A model generated the notes under the pieces. The model saw only the letters and a list, made by a program, of their open reading frames with translations, made no database searches and was not told the DNA's origin. Both the position numbers and the translations under genes were made by a program. Source: Gammaproteobacteria bacterium (lineage in GTDB: Bacteria > Pseudomonadota > Gammaproteobacteria > GCA-001735895). Taken from it: a stretch of DNA of 64,000 nucleotides. Positions 1 through 9,194 of the stretch are shown piece after piece. Every line of letters starts with the position of its first letter. Within the stretch, counting starts at the first letter, position 1. The stretch is taken from contig JBNKUM010000115.1 in assembly GCA_050298595.1 (NCBI GenBank), forward strand, positions 1 through 64,000, given 5' to 3'.

Positions 1-334
1 GGGGCAAAGAGGCGTTCCAGAAAAAGCTGAACAATAGCATCAGCCATAAAAGGCTCCAGAAGCTGTCATACCAGAGCAGAGGCAGAAAACACAGCAAAGA
101 TAACAATGAAGTCAACTGCACGATGCGGATATGATAGCCGGTCCGATCAGCAACCCAGCCCCATAAATAAGGAGCAACGACCTTGCTAAGCGCAAGCGTT
201 GCCATTAACTGCCCGATCTGCAAAGATGAAAAACCGAGACTATCCAGATACACAGTCCAGAAAGGTATCAGAGCCCCAAGGCTGGAGAAATAAAAAAAAT
301 AAAAACGCGACAGATGCCAGTATCGTTTTTGCAT
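1..334 (-). CDS. MFS transporter, N-terminal part (runs off the left edge; not in ORF track)
   Basis: Manual translation from ATG at 334 gives MQKRYWHLSRFYFFYFSSLGALIPFWTVYLDSLGFSSLQIGQLMA...APYLWGWVADRTG, an MFS loop motif. MFS genes commonly follow aroC. Confidence 0.85.
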   Translation of the reverse strand, partial: MQKRYWHLSRFYFFYFSSLGALIPFWTVYLDSLGFSSLQIGQLMATLALSKVVAPYLWGWVADRTGYHIRIVQLTSLLSLLCFLPLLWYDSFWSLLWLMLLFSFFWNASLP

Positions 335-355
335 ACTGAAAAGAGCTTACTGGCC

Positions 356-634
356 CTAGTCAATTTCTTCTATATAAGACCGGCCAATGGGCGTCTGAAC
401 ATATTGCTTTTTACCGTTATTCGTTACCCAGAAATAATAATACCCCTTACCTGGCTCCGAAGTGACCTTGCCATCTCGGATAATCCAGCTTTTAACGTGA
501 TTACCATCGGCATAGGTCACCTTATAGTTGCCTTCCAGCCAGGTAACACCCAGATGTGAGATTTTATTTTGCTGCTCTTCACTACAGGCAGTGAGTAACA
601 GCAATAAAGGGATAACCAGATAGCGCTTTTTCAT
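356..634 (-). CDS. Small lipoprotein of unknown function
   Basis: Lipobox LLTAC after a basic-hydrophobic signal peptide. Confidence 0.75.
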   Translation of the reverse strand: MKKRYLVIPLLLLLTACSEEQQNKISHLGVTWLEGNYKVTYADGNHVKSWIIRDGKVTSEPGKGYYYFWVTNNGKKQYVQTPIGRSYIEEID

Positions 635-654
635 TTTAATCTCGAAAAAAATAT

Positions 655-1008
655 TTATACCAGATATAGAATTAACAGTGCCAGTAAGGCTGGCAGCCCC
701 TGAATCCAGAATATACGCTTACTCACACTCAGTGCTCCAAATACCCCGGCAATAAAGACACAGCTTAGAAAAAACAATTGCACCGAAAAAGCCTGCGACC
801 AAAGCCCCCATACCAGCCCAGCTGCTAGAAACCCATTGTACAGGCCCTGGTTTGCAGCCAGAACTTTAGTCATATCCGCCTTTTCCTGAGACATGCGAAA
901 TACCTTAAGCCCAATGGGCCTGGTCCACCACAGCATTTCAAGCAATAGAAAAAACATATGCGAAATGGCGATCAACACCAGCAAACCATTCAATATCAGT
1001 TTCATCAA
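655..1008 (-). CDS. DUF1304 family membrane protein
   Basis: Motif LAANQGLYNGFLAAGL and four hydrophobic segments. Confidence 0.85.
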   Translation of the reverse strand: MMKLILNGLLVLIAISHMFFLLLEMLWWTRPIGLKVFRMSQEKADMTKVLAANQGLYNGFLAAGLVWGLWSQAFSVQLFFLSCVFIAGVFGALSVSKRIFWIQGLPALLALLILYLV

Positions 1009-1015
1009 TCAGATC

Positions 1016-2116
1016 TCACTCGGCTGAAGAGGGTATGACCGGTGTAGAGCACTCTACCCCTGCATTCTGTGCACGATGGCGTAACATATGGTCCATTAAT
1101 ACGATGGCCAGCATGGCTTCGGCTATAGGTGTCGCACGTATGCCAACGCAGGGATCGTGTCGACCTTTGGTAATCACTTCAACCGATTCACCGTTTATAT
1201 CCACCGAACGACCAGGCAGGTGCAGACTGGATGTCGGCTTAAGCGCAATATTCACCACAATATTCTGACCCGATGAAATACCGCCTAAAATGCCACCAGC
1301 ATGGTTAGAAAGAAATCCCTCCGGTGTTATCTCATCACGATGCTCAGTGCCTTTTTGAGTGACACAGTCAAAGCCAGCCCCTATCTCCACACCTTTGACG
1401 GCATTAATACTCATCATCGCATGCGCGATTTCAGCATCAAGACGATCAAAGATCGGTTCGCCCAATCCCGGCGGTATACCTTCGGCCACCACAGTTACCG
1501 CCGCACCGATAGAATTTCCTTCCTTGCGCAGAGCATCCATATAATTTTCCAGTTCCTCAACCTTGTCTGGGTCGGGGCTGAAGAATGGATTGTTATTCAC
1601 CGCAGCCCAGTCTTTTAACTCCAGCTTGATTGGACCTAGCTGAGAAAGATAGCCTCGAATCTTGATGCCAAACTGTTGCGCCAGATACTTTTTGGCAATG
1701 CCACCAGCGGCCACGCGCATCGCGGTTTCACGTGCGGAAGAGCGGCCTCCTCCCCGATAATCACGAAAGCCATACTTCTGGGTATAGGTATAATCCGCAT
1801 GCCCGGGACGGAACTGATTCATGATATTGCCATAGTCTTTGGAGCGCTGATCAGTATTGTTGATTAACAGGCCAATAGAGGTACCCGTGGTCTTACCTTC
1901 AAACACGCCAGATAGAATTTTCACCTCATCCGCTTCACGTCGTTGCGTGGTATGGCGCGAGGTGCCCGGCTTGCGTCGATCCAGATCTTGTTGCAAATCT
2001 GCCTCAGTTAGCGCCAGCCCCGGAGGGCAACCATCGACAATACAGCCAATGGCAGGACCATGGCTTTCGCCAAATGAGGTGACTACAAATAATTTCCCAA
2101 AACTGTTGCCAGACAT
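1016..2116 (-). CDS. aroC: Chorismate synthase
   Basis: Signatures [22 protein letters not shown] and GRHDPC. Confidence 0.98.
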   Translation of the reverse strand: MSGNSFGKLFVVTSFGESHGPAIGCIVDGCPPGLALTEADLQQDLDRRKPGTSRHTTQRREADEVKILSGVFEGKTTGTSIGLLINNTDQRSKDYGNIMNQFRPGHADYTYTQKYGFRDYRGGGRSSARETAMRVAAGGIAKKYLAQQFGIKIRGYLSQLGPIKLELKDWAAVNNNPFFSPDPDKVEELENYMDALRKEGNSIGAAVTVVAEGIPPGLGEPIFDRLDAEIAHAMMSINAVKGVEIGAGFDCVTQKGTEHRDEITPEGFLSNHAGGILGGISSGQNIVVNIALKPTSSLHLPGRSVDINGESVEVITKGRHDPCVGIRATPIAEAMLAIVLMDHMLRHRAQNAGVECSTPVIPSSAE

Positions 2117-2177
2117 AAAACTCTCTTAAATAAATAGTGATATTGATTTATCAGCCAATAACGACAATGATAATAAT

Positions 2178-2693
2178 ATGACACATTCTACTCGAAAATT
2201 AGGCAATACGTTTACCTGGCTGGGCTGGATTGCAGGTTTTTTTCTAATAGCCCTGCTATTCCAAAAACTGCTGGATCAGCAAAATAATCCCAATCAAATG
2301 GTAAAGACAATAACCGGTGATGGATTTTATGAGATCGAGCTGCAACGTAATCGCTATGGACATTACGTGCTAAATGGAGAAATTAACCAGCAGGAGGTAA
2401 CCTTTCTGATCGATACCGGGGCCACAACCACCAGCATCCCTGAAGACATCAGCGACCGTTTAGGGCTACGCAAAGGCCTGTCCATGCAGGTAGAGACAGC
2501 CAATGGTACCGCCACTGCTTATAGCACCAGACTCGATAGCTTAAGCATAGGTTTGATCAAATTTAATAATGTACTGGCCAGCATCAACCCGGGATTCGAA
2601 GGTGATGAAATATTACTAGGTATGAATATTCTTAAAAACCTGGAACTGGTTCAGCGTGGTGAAACCATGATTATCAGAACCCCACGACCTTAG
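2178..2693 (+). CDS. Membrane-anchored clan AA (retropepsin-like, TIGR02281-type) aspartic protease
   Basis: N-terminal TM segment, GHY, FLIDTGAT catalytic motif, TANG, LLGMN. Confidence 0.9.
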   Translation: MTHSTRKLGNTFTWLGWIAGFFLIALLFQKLLDQQNNPNQMVKTITGDGFYEIELQRNRYGHYVLNGEINQQEVTFLIDTGATTTSIPEDISDRLGLRKGLSMQVETANGTATAYSTRLDSLSIGLIKFNNVLASINPGFEGDEILLGMNILKNLELVQRGETMIIRTPRP

Positions 2694-2735
2694 TTTTTAA
2701 ATATTAAAAAAATATTAATTTTTTAACAACTCACT

Positions 2736-2762
2736 GAACTTCCTTAAATTGGCTTTCTCTAA
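2736..2762 (+). promoter_or_regulatory. RpoE/AlgU (ECF sigmaE)-like promoter upstream of the bufferin precursor
   Basis: GAACTT (2736-2741), 16-nt spacer, TCTAA (2758-2762), matching the sigmaE consensus. Confidence 0.6.
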
Positions 2763-2826
2763 AGCGGGGTATATGGAAACAACCATAGACAAAAAATCTA
2801 TCTATTAACCAATGAGGATATAATCA

Positions 2827-3075
2827 ATGAATACAGCAAAAAAAATCTCTGGCTTCGCTCTGGCAGCTGCTGCCGCTACTATGTTTTCAGTAGCGCCTAT
2901 GAACGCTTCAGCGATGGAATCTGGTAAATGTATCGGTGGTAACAGTTGTAAAGGAACCAGTGCCTGTGCAACAGCATCTACCAGTTGTGCCGGTCAAAAC
3001 TCCTGCAAAGGTCAGGGTTGGGTTAAATCAACTAAATCTGATTGTGATGCAGCAGGTGGAAAATTCGAAGGTTAG
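2827..3075 (+). CDS. bufA: Six-Cys bufferin-type RiPP precursor (BufA2-like) with signal peptide
   Basis: Ala-rich Sec signal; core KCIGGNSCKGTSACATASTSCAGQNSCKGQGW...DCDAAGG with 6 Cys and two NSCKG repeats; GAGG RBS; lies upstream of DUF692. Confidence 0.88.
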   Translation: MNTAKKISGFALAAAAATMFSVAPMNASAMESGKCIGGNSCKGTSACATASTSCAGQNSCKGQGWVKSTKSDCDAAGGKFEG

Positions 3076-3106
3076 TTCTTTACTTCAATTACCCTCTCAA
3101 TTTTTA

Positions 3107-3137
3107 AACACCGCTCTTTGCAGCGGTGTTTTTTTTG
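3107..3137 (+). terminator. Intrinsic terminator between bufA and bufB
   Basis: Stem ACACCGCT-cttt-GCAGCGGTGT followed by a T run. Confidence 0.8.
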
Positions 3138-3171
3138 CAAAGAGTTTATGTTGGATATAACAATAAGTAAT

Positions 3172-3198
3172 GAACTTAGCGAAAACAATAGTGACCAA
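3172..3198 (+). promoter_or_regulatory. Second sigmaE-like promoter, upstream of the MNIO gene
   Basis: GAACTT (3172-3177), 16-nt spacer, ACCAA (3194-3198); the -10 is imperfect. Confidence 0.45.
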
Positions 3199-3263
3199 AT
3201 ACAAAACATCTCCATTGTTGATACACTAACTTTAAAATTTCCCAAACCTGATCATTATTTACT

Positions 3264-4109
3264 ATGAACAACACAGATAAACCTTTCCTCGGCTTCGGTC
3301 TGGGACTGCGAACCGATCACTACCAGGATGTGCTCGAACAAAAGCCTAAAGAAATCGACTGGTTTGAAATTATTTCAGAAAATTACATGATCGATGGCGG
3401 TAAGCCACTTTATTTCCTGGATAAAATACGTCAGGACTACCCGATAGTCATGCATGGTGTATCCATGTCTGTCGGTAGTACTGACCCTCTGAATTACGAT
3501 TATTTAAAGCAACTAAAGAAGCTGGTTGAACGTGTCGAACCCATGTGGTTTTCTGACCATCTGTGCTGGACCGGTGTTGATCATAAAAACATGCACGACC
3601 TGTTACCCATGCCCTACACTGAAGCATCGGTCAGGCATTTCGCAGACCGTATCTCACAGGTGCAGGACTTCATGGGCCGACAAATGCTGATCGAAAACCT
3701 GTCGAGCTATATCACCTATACCTCTGATGCGATGACCGAATGGGAATTTCTCACCGCAGTAGCAGAAAAAGCCGACTGTTATATTTTGCTTGATGTAAAC
3801 AATATCTATGTCAGCAGTTACAACCATCATTTTGATGCGATGGAATACCTACAGGGTGTACCTGCAGAACGCGTCTGGCAACACCATCTGGCCGGGCATC
3901 AAAATACTGGCAACCTCATCATCGACACTCACGATGAACCTGTCATCGACCCGGTATGGGAGCTTTATGAAAAAACCGCCCAGCTGTTAGGTCCGGTATC
4001 TACTATGATAGAGCGTGATGCAAATATCCCACCCTTAGCGGAAGTCATCGAAGAACTAAATCAGGCGCGTGCGATAGCAGAACCCTATTATAAAAAGGGG
4101 GCAAAATAA
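3264..4109 (+). CDS. bufB: DUF692 multinuclear non-heme iron oxidative enzyme (MNIO), BufB-like
   Basis: GLGLR, EIISENY, HGVSMS, SDHLCW, LIENLSSY, LLDVNN, HLAGH, IDTHD and IERD motifs. Confidence 0.95.
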   Translation: MNNTDKPFLGFGLGLRTDHYQDVLEQKPKEIDWFEIISENYMIDGGKPLYFLDKIRQDYPIVMHGVSMSVGSTDPLNYDYLKQLKKLVERVEPMWFSDHLCWTGVDHKNMHDLLPMPYTEASVRHFADRISQVQDFMGRQMLIENLSSYITYTSDAMTEWEFLTAVAEKADCYILLDVNNIYVSSYNHHFDAMEYLQGVPAERVWQHHLAGHQNTGNLIIDTHDEPVIDPVWELYEKTAQLLGPVSTMIERDANIPPLAEVIEELNQARAIAEPYYKKGAK

Positions 4110-4909
4110 TGACTGATACAGAACAGGAGCTGCGTGAAATACAACTACGCTTTCAGGATTATCTGGAAGGCAAGTCAGAACAATTCGTGGGGGATATCGT
4201 TAGCACGAAAGATGCGCTGGCAGAACATCGCCTGGGGGCATATTACAATGCCTATCGCATTCGACTGATAGACTGTCTGGCAAGTGATTTTTCTGCTGTA
4301 CAGAAAACCGTAGGCGAAGAGGCGTTTGAATATCTGATACTGGATTATCTAAAGCACTATCCATCCGAACACCCCTCGGTACGCTGGGTGGGTAAACACA
4401 TGGTGGAGTTCCTGCAACAAAGCGACCTGGAAGATAAATCTTTTCTGGCTGAACTTGCTCAATTCGAATGGAACCAGGGACTCTGTTTTGATGCTGAAGA
4501 AAGTGACCAGCATTTTACCCTGGAAGATATGACTGCACTCAATCCCTCGTTATGGCCTGGCGTATCATTAAATTTTAACCCATCGGTCAGGTGGCTGGAC
4601 CTGTACTGGAATGTCCCTCCTTACTGGGTCGCTATGGATAATGACGAAGAACAGATTGAAAAACAATGTGCCGAATTACCTACCCGCTGGCTGATGTGGC
4701 GCAACAATCTAAAACCCAACTGGCGTTCGTTAGATACCCCTGAAGCCTGGGCCATTGAAGCCGCCCGTAACGGCAGTAACTTTGCCGAACTATGTGAAGG
4801 CTTACTCGAATGGTTGGGTGAAGATTCGGTTGCAATGACGGCAGCCAGCTATCTCAAGCAGTGGATACATGATGACATGGTAGCTTCGATCAATTGCAGC
4901 GAATTATAG
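4109..4909 (+). CDS. bufC: DUF2063 MNIO partner protein (BufC/HvfC-like)
   Basis: RLGAYYNAYRIRL, YLKHYPS and ELAQFEW motifs; TAATG overlap with the MNIO gene. Confidence 0.88.
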   Translation: MTDTEQELREIQLRFQDYLEGKSEQFVGDIVSTKDALAEHRLGAYYNAYRIRLIDCLASDFSAVQKTVGEEAFEYLILDYLKHYPSEHPSVRWVGKHMVEFLQQSDLEDKSFLAELAQFEWNQGLCFDAEESDQHFTLEDMTALNPSLWPGVSLNFNPSVRWLDLYWNVPPYWVAMDNDEEQIEKQCAELPTRWLMWRNNLKPNWRSLDTPEAWAIEAARNGSNFAELCEGLLEWLGEDSVAMTAASYLKQWIHDDMVASINCSEL

Positions 4910-5116
4910 GAAAACTCGCTGCCAAACCCAGAACAAATCCATAATAGAAATAATCAGAGAACCTGGAATCGCCATCAGGTGACGATATAACAAATCCTGA
5001 CTGCACAGCCAGAACAATGCAGCTAACGCTATTAGAATGACTGCTAGCTGCCCAGTTTCTACTCCAGGATTAAATGAGATCAATGCAGTCACAAATTCAC
5101 TCTCGGGCAGACCCTG
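4904..5116 (-). pseudogene. C-terminal remnant of a HupE/UreJ-family membrane protein
   Basis: GLPESEFVTALISFNPGVETGQLAVI matches the FNxGVExGQ motif; no N-terminal part or proper start. Confidence 0.7.
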
Positions 5117-5119
5117 GTT

Positions 5120-5639
5120 ATACTATTATCCCAGTGAACCAGACCATTTTCTGTCGGCGCCCAGGTTGCCCCATCTGTTCCCTGGGTAAAAGCATAAACC
5201 CATTGCCCGGCGGTCACTTCGCTTGAGAAGGCTAGCTGGAATACTCCATTGCGATATGTCATTGCACCTTTGCTTATTTAATCCAGAGGGTCTGACCCGC
5301 GTCTTCCTTCAAACCGAAAACAGACTGCGACACCTCGGGTGCATCAAAAGTCGTGAAGCGGCTTCCATCGAAGCGGGCAAATCCTCCCAGCGTTCCAACA
5401 CAAAGGTAGCCATCACTGGTCTGGATAAGCCCCTGCACCTGATCCATGAGCAACCCCTGCTCAGTCTGCCGGGCATCCAGTTTGTACTGGCTTAGCGCTT
5501 TTGTCGCCCCACCAGCTTCCATACCAGAGGCCCACCCAGGAACGGGTATCGCGAGGCCCATTACAACCGTCATAACACTACACAGCCTTACTAGAAGCAT
5601 CATGATCCTGTGTTTACTTATACTGCACGAACAAGGCAT
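5120..5639 (-). pseudogene. N-terminal remnant of a beta-propeller (two-component regulator propeller) sensor protein
   Basis: QTSDGYLCVGTLGGFARFDGSRF repeat, then stops; a further repeat AFTQGTDGATWAPTENGLVHWD reads near 5130-5200. Confidence 0.65.
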
Positions 5640-5727
5640 TGATTTGAGGCCTTATATTTAACCAGCGTAAGCAACCTTCAAGGTTTTAATACACTTAGAA
5701 ATACCAATATGGACATTTCTTAACCGC

Positions 5728-5753
5728 AAAAAAACGGCTGATTTAAACAGCCG
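5728..5753 (-). terminator. Terminator of the outer-membrane protein gene
   Basis: CGGCTG/CAGCCG stem with a T run on the minus strand. Confidence 0.6.
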
Positions 5754-5776
5754 CTATATTAGAATTTCTATATAAA

Positions 5777-6475
5777 TCAGAATGCGTAATTTAATCCGAT
5801 AGAGAGTACTGGCCAGGCTTTCAGAGCAGAAAGCTCATCGTTTGCAGATGATTCGGCAGCTTTCACATCTTGATCGATATCAGCCTGATTAAGGCCAGAG
5901 CCTGACGTAACTCTTGGGGCCGTTAAATCGACGTCAGGATCCATCAGTACGACTCCCAACTCGACTGACAGGGACAGTCCAGGATTGTCATCTGCTTTTC
6001 TACCCCAACCTATGCCCAGGTACGGTTGAAAAGAGTTACCCATGCTAATTTTCCCTGACATAGTTGTGGTATCAAAATCGCTAACATCGTAAGGAGTTCC
6101 ATCAAATATTACTGTAGCACTAGTAATAGTACCTACTAAATCAATCGTACTAGTATTTTTCATCATCCCGCCGGTGATATGAAATGTCCCGTCAAATACA
6201 TACCAATCCAGTAATAACGCGCTAGCGCCAAAATCCAGATTAACATTTGCATCTACGGTTGCTTCATTATCGGCATCGTTAATGTTCAGTGTTTCATCAA
6301 AATCAGTGTTTACACTGGTTAATGCCAAACGAGCATTGATTGTTGGTGTAATAGCGACACTCAAATCCACTCCCGCGCCAAGAGTACCCGCTTTCACCCC
6401 AACACCAATATCATATGCTTGTGCAGATGTAGTTGCTATTAATGCTAGCCCGACAATAATTGCAGCAGGTTTCAT
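5777..6475 (-). CDS. Outer-membrane beta-barrel protein
   Basis: Signal peptide, GTLGAG, PYLGIGWG and terminal beta-signal GLNYAF. Confidence 0.85.
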   Translation of the reverse strand: MKPAAIIVGLALIATTSAQAYDIGVGVKAGTLGAGVDLSVAITPTINARLALTSVNTDFDETLNINDADNEATVDANVNLDFGASALLLDWYVFDGTFHITGGMMKNTSTIDLVGTITSATVIFDGTPYDVSDFDTTTMSGKISMGNSFQPYLGIGWGRKADDNPGLSLSVELGVVLMDPDVDLTAPRVTSGSGLNQADIDQDVKAAESSANDELSALKAWPVLSIGLNYAF

Positions 6476-6909
6476 AAGGTCTCCGATATTTATTGATTAT
6501 TTTTGCGATTATAGTGAATAATTCACATTTTTCAGGGAAAATAGAGATGCGTTATTTTTTTAAACTCTCTTTCGGATCAGGAAAAATAATATCAGCACAG
6601 GATATCCTAAAAAAATTCAGGCATATTTTGTCACTTCACAATACCAAATCACCAGAACGAGCATCCTTAAACTTTTCAAATTCAGAGTATGGACGATGTA
6701 GCAGCCACGGTTGCTTGCTCACGTTTAGCAATCTTCTTACTACGTGCACACTGGCTGTGGCCGAAGGTTGATTTTGCGACACAATGCTTCCTGGCTTTTT
6801 AACCACGTGAAGCAGCACCTCATTTGGCTCTGCTCGTGGTGAGGGTATTTTATTAATTGGGGGAAATACAGGTAGCTCCCCGTTTAATTTATTTAGACGA
6901 TATTGCCTT

Positions 6910-7200
6910 TTACATGCCCCGCTTTATCTGTACATGCAGTAAACGTCGGCACCTAAAGAGCAGCATTCCAATCATGATCGCGAGTCCTCCTGGGTCAGTA
7001 GCTCCAATACATACAGAGGAGCCTTCATCCTGAGTCACAGACGGAATCAGAGTCGACATCGGAATTGGGGAAAGAATTGAAGTTTGAGTTGGAGAAGTAT
7101 CAGACACACCAGGGTTAGTTAGTTTTTATGCATAAGTTTGGATGACATCTGGCAGTTTCAGAAAGTAGTTCTGATTTAGCCCCAAAGTTGTCACTCGTAA
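6910..7200 (-). pseudogene. C-terminal remnant of a surface protein with a TM-basic sorting tail
   Basis: Pro/Thr/Ser linker, then SSVCIGATDPGGLAIMIGMLLFRCRR; an in-frame stop lies upstream. Confidence 0.4.
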
Positions 7201-7537
7201 CACCTAAACTTCCAAAATTAACATCATTACGCTACCCTATTACGCTCTAATAACCTCTGAGAGAATACCTCCAGTATATAGAATTGAGGCAATAAAATCT
7301 CCAGCTAAATTATTGTATCAATAATTCATGCAACACAATTATCCGGTGTAAAGCCTAATACCAATCTGCCACAATTTGTAAAATATTTTGACAGCTGTCA
7401 GGGGATTTTACATTTATTCACCTAACAATATTTTCCAATTATTTATACCCTCAGAAGTTACAAGGTATTTATATTTTCGGCCTATTTATTGCTTTTTGTA
7501 TGTGTGCCGGAGTACCCATTTAACTAAGGAGAAAGCA

Positions 7538-8209
7538 ATGAAAAAAATACTTTATTTGTTTGGCTTTCAGATTTTTATATGTTCTTTATTAATTCTAAAA
7601 ATGTCTACGCTCTATGCAGCCCCAATTAATATGAACATACAAAGTGGCAGTAGCTGGTTAACCACGACAATAGAAAGCGAAGAATGGACTACCGCCAGTT
7701 TTGATGACAGCGACTGGATTAGTGCCTATGCCCCTTATCCAAATATATATACACCAGAGTCCATTACATTACCTGGGACCACTGCAGAATATATGTGGTA
7801 CTGGGATAGTTCTTCAACGCCGAATGGACTAACCGGTTCTAATATTGCTTTTTTTCGTTACAATTTTAATTTGAGTTTGGCGCCGGATAGTCTGCCATTG
7901 ATCGGTCAGGGTTTTGTAGCTGCCGATGATAATTTTGAATTTTATGTCAATGGTACACAGCTGCTTTCATCTAACCCTTCTATCAATGATATCAATCCTG
8001 CCCATTTTGTCGACTTTTCAAGCCTGCTTGTCAATGGTGACAATGTACTATCAATTAAAGCCCAGGATACAGTAGGTGGTTATGAGTGGGCATTTTTCGA
8101 TGGTATTATCAAGACGACGGTGGCGGTACCAGAGCCTGGAACCATTTTGTTGCTCAGCCTGGGTATGTTAGGTATTTATTCAAATCTTAAACGAAGATTG
8201 ATGACATGA
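7538..8209 (+). CDS. PEP-CTERM surface protein with a probable jelly-roll/lectin-like domain
   Basis: AAGGAG RBS before ATG 7538; FDDSDW, FFRYNF, AADDNFEFYVNG, LVNGDNVL; tail VPEPGTILLLSLGMLG...KRR. Confidence 0.88.
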   Translation: MKKILYLFGFQIFICSLLILKMSTLYAAPINMNIQSGSSWLTTTIESEEWTTASFDDSDWISAYAPYPNIYTPESITLPGTTAEYMWYWDSSSTPNGLTGSNIAFFRYNFNLSLAPDSLPLIGQGFVAADDNFEFYVNGTQLLSSNPSINDINPAHFVDFSSLLVNGDNVLSIKAQDTVGGYEWAFFDGIIKTTVAVPEPGTILLLSLGMLGIYSNLKRRLMT

Positions 8210-8654
8210 TTTTTAATCCATACTAAAACCTCATTAAACTTATTATATTTTGAGCATTTTCACCCTATAGTACATTCTTAAGTCTGAGGCGAAATAAATA
8301 ACTAACAAAACAGAAATAGTAATTTCTAAACCAGGATGCGGAGTACTTGATGCGAAATCTATACTAACTGTTAATCAAGTACTCTGCCCACTTGGAATGT
8401 TTTAGATTAATCTCAATTAGATATGAGCAGGTTTCCTGGCTGGCTTCTCAGAACAAAATGATCCTGCAATCTATGATATCAGATTGAAGTTAATAAGAAG
8501 TATCAGGGAATTGAGAAATATGTGTCGGGAAAAACTTCAGTGCAGCGCTTCACACCGTACACCTAGTTCTTTCCCATTTGCAGACAGGCTTTTCTTATTC
8601 TGTAAGCGCTACCTACCAGTGATTTAAACGGGCTTTTTAAAATCTTTTATCAAA

Positions 8655-9117
8655 ATTACGGCGACAGTTTAATAAATATACTTAATATGTCATTCTGCGT
8701 CATATGGCGCGATTACCCAGGATTGCTATACCCGGCTACCCTCACCACGTAACCCAACGAGGGAACCGACGTAATAAAGTCTTCTTTGAAGAAGGAGATT
8801 ATGCGCTGTACCTGGATCTTCTGAGTGAAGCAGCACAAAAAACCGAAATCTGGTGCTACTGTCTGATGTCTGTGAAAGTAGCGCCTGTTCTTGAACGTTA
8901 TGGGGACTTTAAAGAATTTCTCAGCGAAACCTCAGAAGATTCAGCGGCATTCATGCCGCTTCGTCAATCTGAAACAACGGGTCGTCCATTAGGCAGCGAA
9001 GAATGGATTGATAAGATTGAGAAAGTGATCGGCAGAACGCTAAAACCTCAAAAGAGAGGACCCAGGAAAAAGACCAAATCGAATAAATAAGTGTATTTAG
9101 TAAACTGTCACCGTAAT
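8655..9117. mobile_element. Non-autonomous RAYT element bounded by 30-bp inverted repeats
   Basis: ATTACGGCGACAGTTTAATAAATATACTTA (8655-8684) matches the reverse complement of 9088-9117 at 27 of 30 positions and encloses a RAYT remnant. Confidence 0.85.
8704..9090 (+). pseudogene. REP-associated tyrosine (Y1/HUH) transposase with an in-frame internal deletion
   Basis: N-terminus MARLPR..PHHVTQRGNRR..WCYCLM joins directly to C-terminus VKVAP..TGRPLG..KRGPR. The NHxH motif and YxxxNP catalytic segment are absent. Confidence 0.85.
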
Positions 9118-9194
9118 CCCTAATCAAGTTTATATATGGATTGAATGGGACTTTGCTGTAAGATTGTATGCACACAATCCTTTCGGAGGAAGCT

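Noticed and set aside
6493-6860. ORFs 6493-6771 (+) and 6636-6818 (-)
   Set aside because: No RBS or recognisable motifs; probably non-coding or a heavily decayed remnant.
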